Below, piece by piece: positions 15,001 through 30,000 of a stretch of 64,000 nucleotides of DNA. The translations under genes and the position numbers were made by a program. Position 1 is the first letter of the stretch. Each line of letters starts with the position of its first letter. Below the pieces are notes generated by a model, which ran no database searches, was not told the DNA's origin, and saw only the letters and a list, made by a program, of their open reading frames with translations. This DNA comes from Nemertoderma westbladi. Taxonomy: Eukaryota > Animalia > Xenacoelomorpha. The stretch covers positions 9,669-73,668 of the forward strand of contig JAUCBJ010000203.1 of assembly GCA_032718475.1 (NCBI GenBank), read 5' to 3'.

Positions 15001-18000
15001 TATATTGGTACTTACAGTTCTGTACTATATGGACTACAGTTCTGTACTAGAGGCCCTATATTGGTACTACAGTTCAGTACTATATTAGTACTACAGTTCT
15101 GTACTATATTGGTACTACAGTTCTGGACTATATTGGTACTTACAGTTCTGGACTATATTGGTACTTACAGTTCTGTACTATTGGTACTACAGTTCTGGAC
15201 TATATTGGTACTTACAGTTCTGTACTATATGGACTACAGTTCTGGACTATATTGGTACTACATTTCTGTACTAGAGGCCCTATATTGGTACTACAGTTCT
15301 GTACTATATGGACTACAGTTCAGTACTATATTGGTACTACAGTTCTGGACTATATTGGTACTACAGTTCTAGACTATATTGGTACTACAGTTCTGTACTA
15401 TATTGGTACTACAGTTCTGTACTAGAGGCCCTATATTGGTACTACAGTTCTGGACTATATTGGTACTACAGTTCTGGACTATATTAGTACTACAGTTCTG
15501 TACTATATTGGTACTACAGTTCTGTACTAGAGGCCCTATATTGGTACTACAGTTCTGGACTATATTGGTACTACAGTTCTGGACTATATTAGTACTACAG
15601 TTCTGTACTATATTGGTACTACAGTTCTGTACTAGAGGCCCTATATTGGTACTACAGTTCTGGACTATATTGGTACTACAGTTCTGGACTATATTGGTAC
15701 TACAGTTCTGGACTATATTTGGTACTACAGTTCAGTACTATTGGTACTACAGTTCTGGACTATATTGGTACTACAGTTCTGTACTATATTGGTACTACAG
15801 TTCTGTACTATATTGGTACTACAGTTCTGTACTATTGGTACTACAGTTCTGGACTATATTGGTACTACAGTTCTGTACTATATTGGTACTACAGTTCTGT
15901 ACTAGAGGCCCTATATTGGTACTACAGTTCTGGACTATATTGGTACTACAGTTCTGGACTATATTAGTACTACAGTTCTGTACTATATTGGTACTACAGT
16001 TCTGTACTATATTGGTACTACAGTTCTGGACTATATTAGTACTACAGTTCTGTACTATATTGGTACTACAGTTCTGTACTAGAGGCCCTATATTGGTACT
16101 ACAGTTCTGGACTATATTGGTACTACAGTTCTGTACTATATTGGTACTACAGTTCTGTACTATATTGGTACTACAGTTCTGGACTATATTGGTACTTACA
16201 GTTCTGTACTAGAGGCCCTATATTGGTACTTACAGTTCTGGACTATATTGGTACTTACAGTTCTGTACTATATTGGTACTACAGTTCTGTACTAGAGGCC
16301 CTATATTGGTACTACAGTTCTGGACTATATTGGTACTACAGTTCTGGACTATATTGGTACTACAGTTCTGGACTATATTAGTACTACAGTTCTGTACTAG
16401 AGGCCCTATATTGGTACTACAGTTCTGGACTATATTGGTACTACAGTTCTGGACTATATTAGTACTACAGTTCTGTACTATATTGGTACTACAGTTCTGT
16501 ACTAGAGGCCCTATATTGGTACTACAGTTCTGGACTATATTGGTACTACAGTTCTGGACTATATTGGTACTACAGTTCTGGACTATATTTGGTACTACAG
16601 TTCAGTACTATTGGTACTACAGTTCTGGACTATATTGGTACTACAGTTCTGTACTATATTGGTACTACAGTTCTGTACTAGAGGCCCTATATTGGTACTA
16701 CAGTTCTGGACTAGATTGGTACTACAGTTCTGGACTATATTAGTACTACAGTTCTGTACTATATTGGTACTACAGTTCTGTACTATATTGGTACTACAGT
16801 TCTGTACTATTGGTACTACAGTTCTGGACTATATTGGTACTACAGTTCTGTACTATATTGGTACTACAGTTCTGTACTAGAGGCCCTATATTGGTACTAC
16901 AGTTCTGGACTAGATTGGTACTACAGTTCTGGACTATATTAGTACTACAGTTCTGTACTATATTGGTACTACAGTTCTGGACTATATTGGTACTACAGTT
17001 CTGGACTATATTGGTACTACAGTTCTGTACTATATGGACTACAGTTCTGTACTAGAGGCCCTATATTGGTACTACAGTTCTGGACTATATTGGTACTACA
17101 GTTCTGTACTATATTGGTACTACAGTTCTGTACTAGAGGCCCTATATTGGTACTACAGTTCTGGACTATATTGGTACTACAGTTCTGGACTATATTAGTA
17201 CTACAGTTCTGTACTATATTGGTACTACAGTTCTGGACTATATTGGTACTACAGTTCTGGACTATATTGGTACTACAGTTCTGTACTATATGGACTACAG
17301 TTCTGTACTAGAGGCCCTATATTGGTACTACAGTTCTGGACTATATTGGTACTACAGTTCTGTACTATAGGTACTACAGTTCTGTACTAGAGGCCCTATA
17401 TTGGTACTACAGTTCTGGACTATATTGGTACTACAGTTCTGGACTATATTGGTACTACAGTTCTGTACTAGAGGCCCTATATTGGTACTACAGTTCTGGA
17501 CTATATTGGTACTACAGTTCTGTACTATATTGGTACTACAGTTCTGGACTATATTGGTACTACAGTTCTGGACTATATTGGTACTACAGTTCTGGACTAT
17601 ATTGGTACTACAGTTCTGGACTATATTGGTACTACAGTTCTGTACTAGAGGCCCTATATTGGTACTACAGTTCTGGACTATATTGGTACTACAGTTCTGG
17701 ACTATATTGGTACTACAGTTCTGTACTAGAGGCCCTATATTGGTACTACAGTTCTGGACTATATTGGTACTACAGTTCTGTACTATATTGGTACTACAGT
17801 TCTGGACTATATTGGTACTACAGTTCTGGACTATATTGGTACTACAGTTCTGGACTATATTGGTACTACAGTTCTGGACTATATTGGTACTACAGTTCTG
17901 TACTAGAGGCCCTATATTGGTACTACAGTTCTGGACTATATTGGTACTACAGTTCTGTACTATATTGGTACTACAGTTCTGGACTATATTGGTACTACAG

Positions 18001-21000
18001 TTCTGGACTATATTGGTACTACAGTTCTGGACTATATTGGTACTACAGTTCTGGACTATATTGGTACTACAGTTCTGTACTAGAGGCCCTATATTGGTAC
18101 TACAGTTCTGGACTATATTGGTACTACAGTTCTGTACTATATTGGTACTACAGTTCTGGACTATATTAGTACTACAGTTCTGTACTATATTGGTACTACA
18201 GTTCTGGACTATATTGGTACTACAGTTCTGGACTATATTGGTACTACAGTTCTGGACTATATTTGGTACTACAGTTCTGGACTATATTGGTACTACAGTT
18301 CTGTACTAGAGGCCCTATATTGGTACTACAGTTCTGGACTATATTGGTACTACAGTTCTGTACTATATTGGTACTTACAGTTCTGTACTATTGGTACTAC
18401 AGTTCTAGACTATATTGGTACTTACAGTTCTGTACTATATTGGTACTTACAGTTCAGTACTATATTAGTACTACAGTTCTGTACTATATTGGTACTACAG
18501 TTCTGGACTATATTGGTACTACAGTTCTGGACTATATTGGTACTACAGTTCTGTACTATATGGACTACAGTTCTGTACTAGACTAGAGGCCCTATATTGG
18601 TACTACAGTTCTGGACTATATTAGTACTACAGTTCTGTACTATATTGGTACTACAGTTCTGTACTAGAGGCCCTATATTGGTACTACAGTTCTGGACTAT
18701 ATTGGTACTACAGTTCTGGACTATATTAGTACTACAGTTCTGTACTATATTGGTACTACAGTTCTGGACTATATTGGTACTACAGTTCTGGACTATATTG
18801 GTACTACAGTTCTGTACTATATGGACTACAGTTCTGTACTAGAGGCCCTATATTGGTACTACAGTTCTGGACTATATTGGTACTACAGTTCTGGACTATA
18901 TTGGTACTACAGTTCTGGACTATATTGGTACTACAGTTCTGTACTATATGGACTACAGTTCTGTACTAGAGGCCCTATATTGGTACTACAGTTCTGGACT
19001 ATATTAGTACTACAGTTCTGTACTATATTGGTACTACAGTTCTGTACTAGAGGCCCTATATTGGTACTACAGTTCTGGACTATATTGGTACTACAGTTCT
19101 GGACTATATTAGTACTACAGTTCTGTACTATATTGGTACTACAGTTCTGGACTATATTGGTACTACAGTTCTGGACTATATTGGTACTACAGTTCTGTAC
19201 TATATGGACTACAGTTCTGTACTAGAGGCCCTATATTTGTACTACAGTTCTGTACTATAGGTACTACAGTTCTGGACTATATTGGTACTACAGTTCTGTA
19301 CTAGAGGCCCTATATTGGTACTACAGTTCAGTACTATATTAGTACTACAGTTCTGTACTATATTGGTACTACAGTTCTGGACTATATTGGTACTACAGTT
19401 CTGGACTATATTGGTACTACAGTTCTGTACTATATGGACTACAGTTCTGTACTAGAGGCCCTATATTGGTACTACAGTTCAGTACTATATTAGTACTACA
19501 GTTCTGTACTATATTGGTACTACAGTTCTGGACTATATTGGTACTACAGTTCTGGACTATATTGGTACTACAGTTCTGTACTATATGGACTACAGTTCTG
19601 TACTAGAGGCCCTATATTGGTACTACAGTTCTGGACTATATTGGTACTACAGTTCTGGACTATATTGGTACTACAGTTCTGGACTATATTGGTACTACAG
19701 TTCTGTACTATATGGACTACAGTTCTGTACTAGAGGCCCTATATTGGTACTACAGTTCAGTACTATATTAGTACTACAGTTCTGTACTATATTGGTACTA
19801 CAGTTCTGGACTATATTGGTACTACAGTTCTGGACTATATTGGTACTACAGTTCTGTACTATATGGACTACAGTTCTGTACTAGAGGCCCTATATTGGTA
19901 CTACAGTTCTGGACTATATTGGTACTACAGTTCTGGACTATATTGGTACTACAGTTCTGTACTAGAGGCCCTATATTGGTACTACAGTTCTGTACTAGAG
20001 GCCCTATATTGGTACTACAGTTCAGTACTATATTAGTACTACAGTTCTGTACTATATTGGTACTACAGTTCTGGACTATATTGGTACTACAGTTCTGGAC
20101 TATATTGGTACTACAGTTCTGGACTATATTGGTACTTACAGTTCTGTACTATATGGACTACAGTTCTGTACTAGAGGCCCTATATTGGTACTACAGTTCA
20201 GTACTATATTAGTACTACAGTTCTGTACTATATTGGTACTACAGTTCTGGACTATATTGGTACTTACAGTTCTGGACTATATTGGTACTTACAGTTCTGT
20301 ACTATTGGTACTACAGTTCTGGACTATATTGGTACTTACAGTTCTGTACTATATGGACTACAGTTCTGGACTATATTGGTACTACAGTTCTGTACTATTG
20401 GTACTACAGTTCTGTACTAGAGGCCCTATATTGGTACTATAGTTCTGTACTAGAGGCCCTATATTGGTACTACAGTTCAGTACTATATTAGTACTACAGT
20501 TCTGTACTATATTGGTACTACAGTTCTGTACTAGAGGCCCTATATTGGTACTTACAGTTCTGTACTATTGGTACTACAGTTCTGGACTATATTGGTACTA
20601 TAGTTCTGTACTATTGGTACTACAGTTCTGGACTATATTGGTACTTACAGTTCTGTACTATATTGGTACTACAGTTCTGGACTATATTGGTACTTACAGT
20701 TCTGTACTATTGGTACTACAGTTCTGGACTATATTGGTACTACAGTTCTGTACTATTGGTACTACAGTTCTGGACTATATTGGTACTTACAGTTCTGGAC
20801 TATATTGGTACTACAGTTCTGTACTATAGTGGTACTACAGTTCTGTACTAGAGGCCCTATATTGGTACTACAGTTCTGGACTATATTGGTACTACAGTTC
20901 TGGACTATATTAGTACTACAGTTCTGTACTATATTGGTACTACAGTTCTGGACTATATTGGTACTACAGTTCTGGACTATATTGGTACTACAGTTCTGTA

Positions 21001-24000
21001 CTATATGGACTACAGTTCTGTACTAGAGGCCCTATATTGGTACTACAGTTCAGTACTATATTAGTACTACAGTTCTGGACTATATTGGTACTACAGTTCT
21101 GGACTATATTGGTACTTACAGGTCTGTACTATATTGGTACTACAGTTCTGGACTATATTGGTACTTACAGTTCTGTACTATATTTGGTACTACAGTTCTG
21201 TACTATATGGACTACAGTTCTGTACTAGAGGCCCTATATTGGTACTACAGTTCAGTACTATATTAGTACTACAGTTCTGTACTATATTGGTACTACAGTT
21301 CTGGACTATATTGGTACTACAGTTCTGGACTATATTGGTACTACAGTTCTGTACTATATGGACTACAGTTCTGTACTAGAGGCCCTATATTGGTACTACA
21401 GTTCAGTACTATATTGGTACTACAGTTCTGGACTATATTGGTACTACAGTTCTGGACTATATTGGTACTTACAGTTCTGTACTATTGGTACTACAGTTCT
21501 GGACTATATTGGTACTACAGTTCTGTACTATATGGACTACAGTTCTGTACTAGAGGCCCTATATTGGTACTACAGTTCAGTACTATATTAGTACTACAGT
21601 TCTGTACTATATTGGTACTACAGTTCTGGACTATATTGGTACTTACAGTTCTGGACTATATTGGTACTTACAGTTCTGTACTATTGGTACTACAGTTCTG
21701 GACTATATTGGTACTTACAGTTCTGTACTATATGGACTACAGTTCTGGACTATATTGGTACTACAGTTCTGTACTATATTGGTACTACAGTTCTGTACTA
21801 TATTGGTACTACAGTTCTGTACTAGAGGCCCTATATTGGTACTACAGTTCTGTACTATATTGGTACTTACAGTTCTGGACTATATTGGTACTACAGTTCT
21901 GGACTATATTGGTACTACAGTTCTGTACTATTGGTACTACAGTTCTGGACTATATTTGGTACTACAGTTCAGTACTATATTAGTACTACAGTTCTGTACT
22001 ATATTGGTACTACAGTTCTGTACTAGAGGCCCTATATTGGTACTACAGTTCTGGACTATATTGGTACTACAGTTCTGGACTATATTGGTACTACAGTTCT
22101 GGACTATATTGGTACTACAGTTCTGTACTATTGGTACTACAGTTCTAGACTATATTGGTACTTACAGTTCTGGACTATATTGGTACTACAGTTCTGTACT
22201 AGAGGCCCTATATTGGTACTACAGTTCTGGACTATATTGGTACTACAGTTCTGGACTATATTGGTACTACAGTTCTGTACTATATTGGTACTACAGTTCT
22301 GTACTATATTGGTACTTACAGTTCTGTACTAGAGGCCCTATATTGGTACTACAGTTCTGGACTATATTGGTACTACAGTTCTGGACTATATTGGTACTAC
22401 AGTTCTGTACTATTGGTACTACAGTTCTGGACTATATTTGGTACTACAGTTCAGTACTATATTGGTACTACAGTTCTGTACTAGAGGCCCTATATTGGTA
22501 CTACAGTTCTGGACTATATTGGTACTTACAGTTCTGTACTATATGGACTACAGTTCTGTACTATATTGGTACTACAGTTCTGGACTATATTGGTACTACA
22601 GTTCTGTACTATTGGTACTACAGTTCTGGACTATATTTGGTACTACAGTTCAGTACTATATTAGTACTACAGTTCTGTACTATATTGGTACTACAGTTCT
22701 GTACTAGAGGCCCTATATTGGTACTACAGTTCTGGACTATATTGGTACTACAGTTCTGGACTATATTGGTACTACAGTTCTGTACTATTGGTACTACAGT
22801 TCTGGACTATATTTGGTACTACAGTTCAGTACTATATTAGTACTACAGTTCTGTACTATATTGGTACTACAGTTCTGTACTATTGGTACTACAGTTCTGG
22901 ACTATATTGGTACTACAGTTCTGGACTATATTGGTACTACAGTTCTGTACTATTGGTACTACAGTTCTGGACTATATTTGGTACTACAGTTCAGTACTAT
23001 ATTAGTACTACAGTTTTGTACTATATTGGTACTACAGTTCTGTACTAGAGGCCCTATATTGGTACTACAGTTCTGGACTATATTGGTACTTACAGTTCTG
23101 GACTATATTGGTACTACAGTTCTGGACTATATTGGTACTTACAGTTCTGGACTATATGGACTACAGTTCTAGACTATATTGGTACTTACAGTTCTGTACT
23201 ATATTGGTACTTACAGTTCTGGACTATATGGACTACAGTTCTAGACTATATTGGTACTTACAGTTCTGTACTATATTGGTACTTACAGTTCTGGACTATA
23301 TTGGTACTACAGTTCTGGACTATATTGGTACTTACAGTTCTGGACTATATGGACTACAGTTCTAGACTATATTGGTACTTACAGTTCTGTACTATATTGG
23401 TACTTACAGTTCTGGACTATATTGGTACTACAGTTCTGTACTATTAAACTATTGGTACTACAGTTCTAGACTATATTGGTACTTACAGTTCTGTACTATA
23501 TTGGTACTTACAGTTCTGGACTAGAGGCCCTATATTGGTACTACAGTTCTGGACTATATTGGTACTACAGTTCTGTACTATATTGGTACTACAGTTCTGG
23601 ACTATATTGGTACTACAGTTCAGTACTATATTGGTACTACAGTTCTGGACTATATGGACTACAGTTCTGTACTAGAGGCCCTATATTGGTACTACAGTTC
23701 TGGACTATATTGGTACTACAGTTCTGTACTATTAAACTATTGGTACTACAGTTCTGGACTATATTGGTACTACAGTTCTGTACTATTGGTACTACAGTTC
23801 TGGACTATATTAGTACTACAGTTCTGTACTATATTGGTACTACAGTTCTGTACTATATTGGTACTACAGTTCTGTACTATATTGGTACTTACAGTTCTGG
23901 ACTATATTGGTACTACAGTTCTGTACTAGAGGCCCTATATTGGTACTACAGTTCTGGACTATATTGGTACTACAGTTCTGGACTATATTGGTACTACAGT

Positions 24001-27000
24001 TCTGGACTATATTGGTACTTACAGTTCTGTACTATATTGGTACTTACAGTTCTGGACTATATTGGTACTACAGTTCTGGACTATATTGGTACTTACAGTT
24101 CTGGACTATATGGACTACAGTTCTAGACTATATTGGTACTTACAGTTCTGTACTATATTGGTACTTACAGTTCTGGACTATATTGGTACTACAGTTCTGG
24201 ACTATATTGGTACTACAGTTCTGTACTATTAAACTATTGGTACTACAGTTCTAGACTATATTGGTACTACAGTTCTGTACTATTAAACTATTGGTACTAC
24301 AGTTCTGGACTATATTGGTACTACAGTTCTGGACTATATTGGTACTTACAGTTCTGGACTATATGGACTACAGTTCTAGACTATATTGGTACTTACAGTT
24401 CTGTACTATATTGGTACTTACAGTTCTGGACTATATTGGTACTACAGTTCTGTACTATTAAACTATTGGTACTACAGTTCTAGACTATATTGGTACTTAC
24501 AGTTCTGTACTATATTGGTACTTACAGTTCTGGACTAGAGGCCCTATATTGGTACTACAGTTCTGGACTATATTGGTACTACAGTTCTGGACTATATTGG
24601 TACTACAGTTCTGTACTATTGGTACTACAGTTCTGGACTATATTTGGTACTACAGTTCAGTACTATATTAGTACTACAGTTCTGTACTATATTGGTACTT
24701 ACAGTTCTGTACTATAGGTACTACAGTTCTGTACTATAGGTACTACAGTTCTGTACTATTGGTACTACAGTTCTGGACTATATTTGGTACTACAGTTCAG
24801 TACTATATTAGTACTACAGTTCTGTACTATATTGGTACTACAGTTCTGTACTATTGGTACTACAGTTCTGGACTATATTTGGTACTACAGTTCAGTACTA
24901 TATTAGTACTACAGTTCTGTACTATATTGGTACTACAGTTCTGTACTAGAGGCCCTATATTGGTACTACAGTTCTGGACTATATTGGTACTACAGTTCTG
25001 GACTATATTGGTACTACAGTTCTGGACTATATTGGTACTTACAGTTCTGGACTATATGGACTACAGTTCTAGACTATATTGGTACTTACAGTTCTGTACT
25101 ATATTGGTACTTACAGTTCTGGACTATATTGGTACTACAGTTCTGTACTATTAAACTATTGGTACTACAGTTCTAGACTATATTGGTACTACAGTTCTGT
25201 ACTATTAAACTATTGGTACTACAGTTCTGGACTATATTGGTACTACAGTTCTGGACTATATTGGTACTTACAGTTCTGGACTATATGGACTACAGTTCTA
25301 GACTATATTGGTACTTACAGTTCTGTACTATATTGGTACTTACAGTTCTGGACTATATTGGTACTACAGTTCTGTACTATTAAACTATTGGTACTACAGT
25401 TCTAGACTATATTGGTACTACAGTTCTGTACTATTAAACTATTGGTACTACAGTTCTGGACTATATTGGTACTACAGTTCTGGACTATATTGGTACTTAC
25501 AGTTCTGGACTATATGGACTACAGTTCTAGACTATATTGGTACTTACAGTTCTGTACTATATTGGTACTACAGTTCTGGACTATATTGGTACTTACAGTT
25601 CTGGACTATATGGACTACAGTTCTAGACTATATTGGTACTTATAGTTCTGTACTATATTGGTACTTACAGTTCTGGACTATATTGGTACTACAGTTCTAG
25701 ACTATATTGGTACTTACAGTTCTGTACTATATTGGTACTTACAGTTCTGGACTAGAGGCCCTATATTGGTACTACAGTTCTGGACTATATTGGTACTACA
25801 GTTCTGGACTATATTGGTACTACAGTTCTGTACTATTGGTACTACAGTTCTGGACTATATTTGGTACTACAGTTCAGTACTATATTAGTACTACAGTTCT
25901 GTACTATATTGGTACTTACAGTTCTGTACTATAGGTACTACAGTTCTGTACTATAGGTACTACAGTTCTGTACTATTGGTACTACAGTTCTGGACTATAT
26001 TTGGTACTACAGTTCAGTACTATATTAGTACTACAGTTCTGTACTATATTGGTACTACAGTTCTGTACTATTGGTACTACAGTTCTGGACTATATTTGGT
26101 ACTACAGTTCAGTACTATATTAGTACTACAGTTCTGTACTATATTGGTACTACAGTTCTGTACTAGAGGCCCTATATTGGTACTACAGTTCTGGACTATA
26201 TTGGTACTACAGTTCTGGACTATATTGGTACTACAGTTCTGGACTATATTGGTACTTACAGTTCTGGACTATATGGACTACAGTTCTAGACTATATTGGT
26301 ACTTACAGTTCTGTACTATATGGACTACAGTTCTGTACTAGAGGCCCTATATTGGTACTACAGTTCAGTACTATATTAGTACTACAGTTCTGTACTATAT
26401 TGGTACTACAGTTCTGGACTATATTGGTACTTACAGTTCTGGACTATATTGGTACTTACAGTTCTGTACTATTGGTACTACAGTTCTGGACTATATTGGT
26501 ACTTACAGTTCTGTACTATATGGACTACAGTTCTGGACTATATTGGTACTACAGTTCTGTACTATTGGTACTACAGTTCTGTACTAGAGGCCCTATATTG
26601 GTACTATAGTTCTGTACTAGAGGCCCTATATTGGTACTACAGTTCAGTACTATATTAGTACTACAGTTCTGTACTATATTGGTACTACAGTTCTGTACTA
26701 GAGGCCCTATATTGGTACTTACAGTTCTGTACTATTGGTACTACAGTTCTGGACTATATTGGTACTATAGTTCTGTACTATTGGTACTACAGTTCTGGAC
26801 TATATTGGTACTTACAGTTCTGTACTATATTGGTACTACAGTTCTGGACTATATTGGTACTTACAGTTCTGTACTATTGGTACTACAGTTCTGGACTATA
26901 TTGGTACTACAGTTCTGTACTATTGGTACTACAGTTCTGGACTATATTGGTACTTACAGTTCTGGACTATATTGGTACTACAGTTCTGTACTATAGTGGT

Positions 27001-30000
27001 ACTACAGTTCTGTACTAGAGGCCCTATATTGGTACTACAGTTCTGGACTATATTGGTACTACAGTTCTGGACTATATTAGTACTACAGTTCTGTACTATA
27101 TTGGTACTACAGTTCTGGACTATATTGGTACTACAGTTCTGGACTATATTGGTACTACAGTTCTGTACTATATGGACTACAGTTCTGTACTAGAGGCCCT
27201 ATATTGGTACTACAGTTCAGTACTATATTAGTACTACAGTTCTGGACTATATTGGTACTACAGTTCTGGACTATATTGGTACTTACAGGTCTGTACTATA
27301 TTGGTACTACAGTTCTGGACTATATTGGTACTTACAGTTCTGTACTATATTTGGTACTACAGTTCTGTACTATATGGACTACAGTTCTGTACTAGAGGCC
27401 CTATATTGGTACTACAGTTCAGTACTATATTAGTACTACAGTTCTGTACTATATTGGTACTACAGTTCTGGACTATATTGGTACTACAGTTCTGGACTAT
27501 ATTGGTACTACAGTTCTGTACTATATGGACTACAGTTCTGTACTAGAGGCCCTATATTGGTACTACAGTTCAGTACTATATTGGTACTACAGTTCTGGAC
27601 TATATTGGTACTACAGTTCTGGACTATATTGGTACTTACAGTTCTGTACTATTGGTACTACAGTTCTGGACTATATTGGTACTACAGTTCTGTACTATAT
27701 GGACTACAGTTCTGTACTAGAGGCCCTATATTGGTACTACAGTTCAGTACTATATTAGTACTACAGTTCTGTACTATATTGGTACTACAGTTCTGGACTA
27801 TATTGGTACTTACAGTTCTGGACTATATTGGTACTTACAGTTCTGTACTATTGGTACTACAGTTCTGGACTATATTGGTACTTACAGTTCTGTACTATAT
27901 GGACTACAGTTCTGGACTATATTGGTACTACAGTTCTGTACTATATTGGTACTACAGTTCTGTACTATATTGGTACTACAGTTCTGTACTAGAGGCCCTA
28001 TATTGGTACTACAGTTCTGTACTATATTGGTACTTACAGTTCTGGACTATATTGGTACTACAGTTCTGGACTATATTGGTACTACAGTTCTGTACTATTG
28101 GTACTACAGTTCTGGACTATATTTGGTACTACAGTTCAGTACTATATTAGTACTACAGTTCTGTACTATATTGGTACTACAGTTCTGTACTAGAGGCCCT
28201 ATATTGGTACTACAGTTCTGGACTATATTGGTACTACAGTTCTGGACTATATTGGTACTACAGTTCTGGACTATATTGGTACTACAGTTCTGTACTATTG
28301 GTACTACAGTTCTAGACTATATTGGTACTTACAGTTCTGGACTATATTGGTACTACAGTTCTGTACTAGAGGCCCTATATTGGTACTACAGTTCTGGACT
28401 ATATTGGTACTACAGTTCTGGACTATATTGGTACTACAGTTCTGTACTATATTGGTACTACAGTTCTGTACTATATTGGTACTTACAGTTCTGTACTAGA
28501 GGCCCTATATTGGTACTACAGTTCTGGACTATATTGGTACTACAGTTCTGGACTATATTGGTACTACAGTTCTGTACTATTGGTACTACAGTTCTGGACT
28601 ATATTTGGTACTACAGTTCAGTACTATATTGGTACTACAGTTCTGTACTAGAGGCCCTATATTGGTACTACAGTTCTGGACTATATTGGTACTTACAGTT
28701 CTGTACTATATGGACTACAGTTCTGTACTATATTGGTACTACAGTTCTGGACTATATTGGTACTACAGTTCTGTACTATTGGTACTACAGTTCTGGACTA
28801 TATTTGGTACTACAGTTCAGTACTATATTAGTACTACAGTTCTGTACTATATTGGTACTACAGTTCTGTACTAGAGGCCCTATATTGGTACTACAGTTCT
28901 GGACTATATTGGTACTACAGTTCTGGACTATATTGGTACTACAGTTCTGTACTATTGGTACTACAGTTCTGGACTATATTTGGTACTACAGTTCAGTACT
29001 ATATTAGTACTACAGTTCTGTACTATATTGGTACTACAGTTCTGTACTATTGGTACTACAGTTCTGGACTATATTGGTACTACAGTTCTGGACTATATTG
29101 GTACTACAGTTCTGTACTATTGGTACTACAGTTCTGGACTATATTTGGTACTACAGTTCAGTACTATATTAGTACTACAGTTTTGTACTATATTGGTACT
29201 ACAGTTCTGTACTAGAGGCCCTATATTGGTACTACAGTTCTGGACTATATTGGTACTTACAGTTCTGGACTATATTGGTACTACAGTTCTGGACTATATT
29301 GGTACTTACAGTTCTGGACTATATGGACTACAGTTCTAGACTATATTGGTACTTACAGTTCTGTACTATATTGGTACTTACAGTTCTGGACTATATGGAC
29401 TACAGTTCTAGACTATATTGGTACTTACAGTTCTGTACTATATTGGTACTTACAGTTCTGGACTATATTGGTACTACAGTTCTGGACTATATTGGTACTT
29501 ACAGTTCTGGACTATATGGACTACAGTTCTAGACTATATTGGTACTTACAGTTCTGTACTATATTGGTACTTACAGTTCTGGACTATATTGGTACTACAG
29601 TTCTGTACTATTAAACTATTGGTACTACAGTTCTAGACTATATTGGTACTTACAGTTCTGTACTATATTGGTACTTACAGTTCTGGACTAGAGGCCCTAT
29701 ATTGGTACTACAGTTCTGGACTATATTGGTACTACAGTTCTGTACTATATTGGTACTACAGTTCTGGACTATATTGGTACTACAGTTCAGTACTATATTG
29801 GTACTACAGTTCTGGACTATATGGACTACAGTTCTGTACTAGAGGCCCTATATTGGTACTACAGTTCTGGACTATATTGGTACTACAGTTCTGTACTATT
29901 AAACTATTGGTACTACAGTTCTGGACTATATTGGTACTACAGTTCTGTACTATTGGTACTACAGTTCTGGACTATATTAGTACTACAGTTCTGTACTATA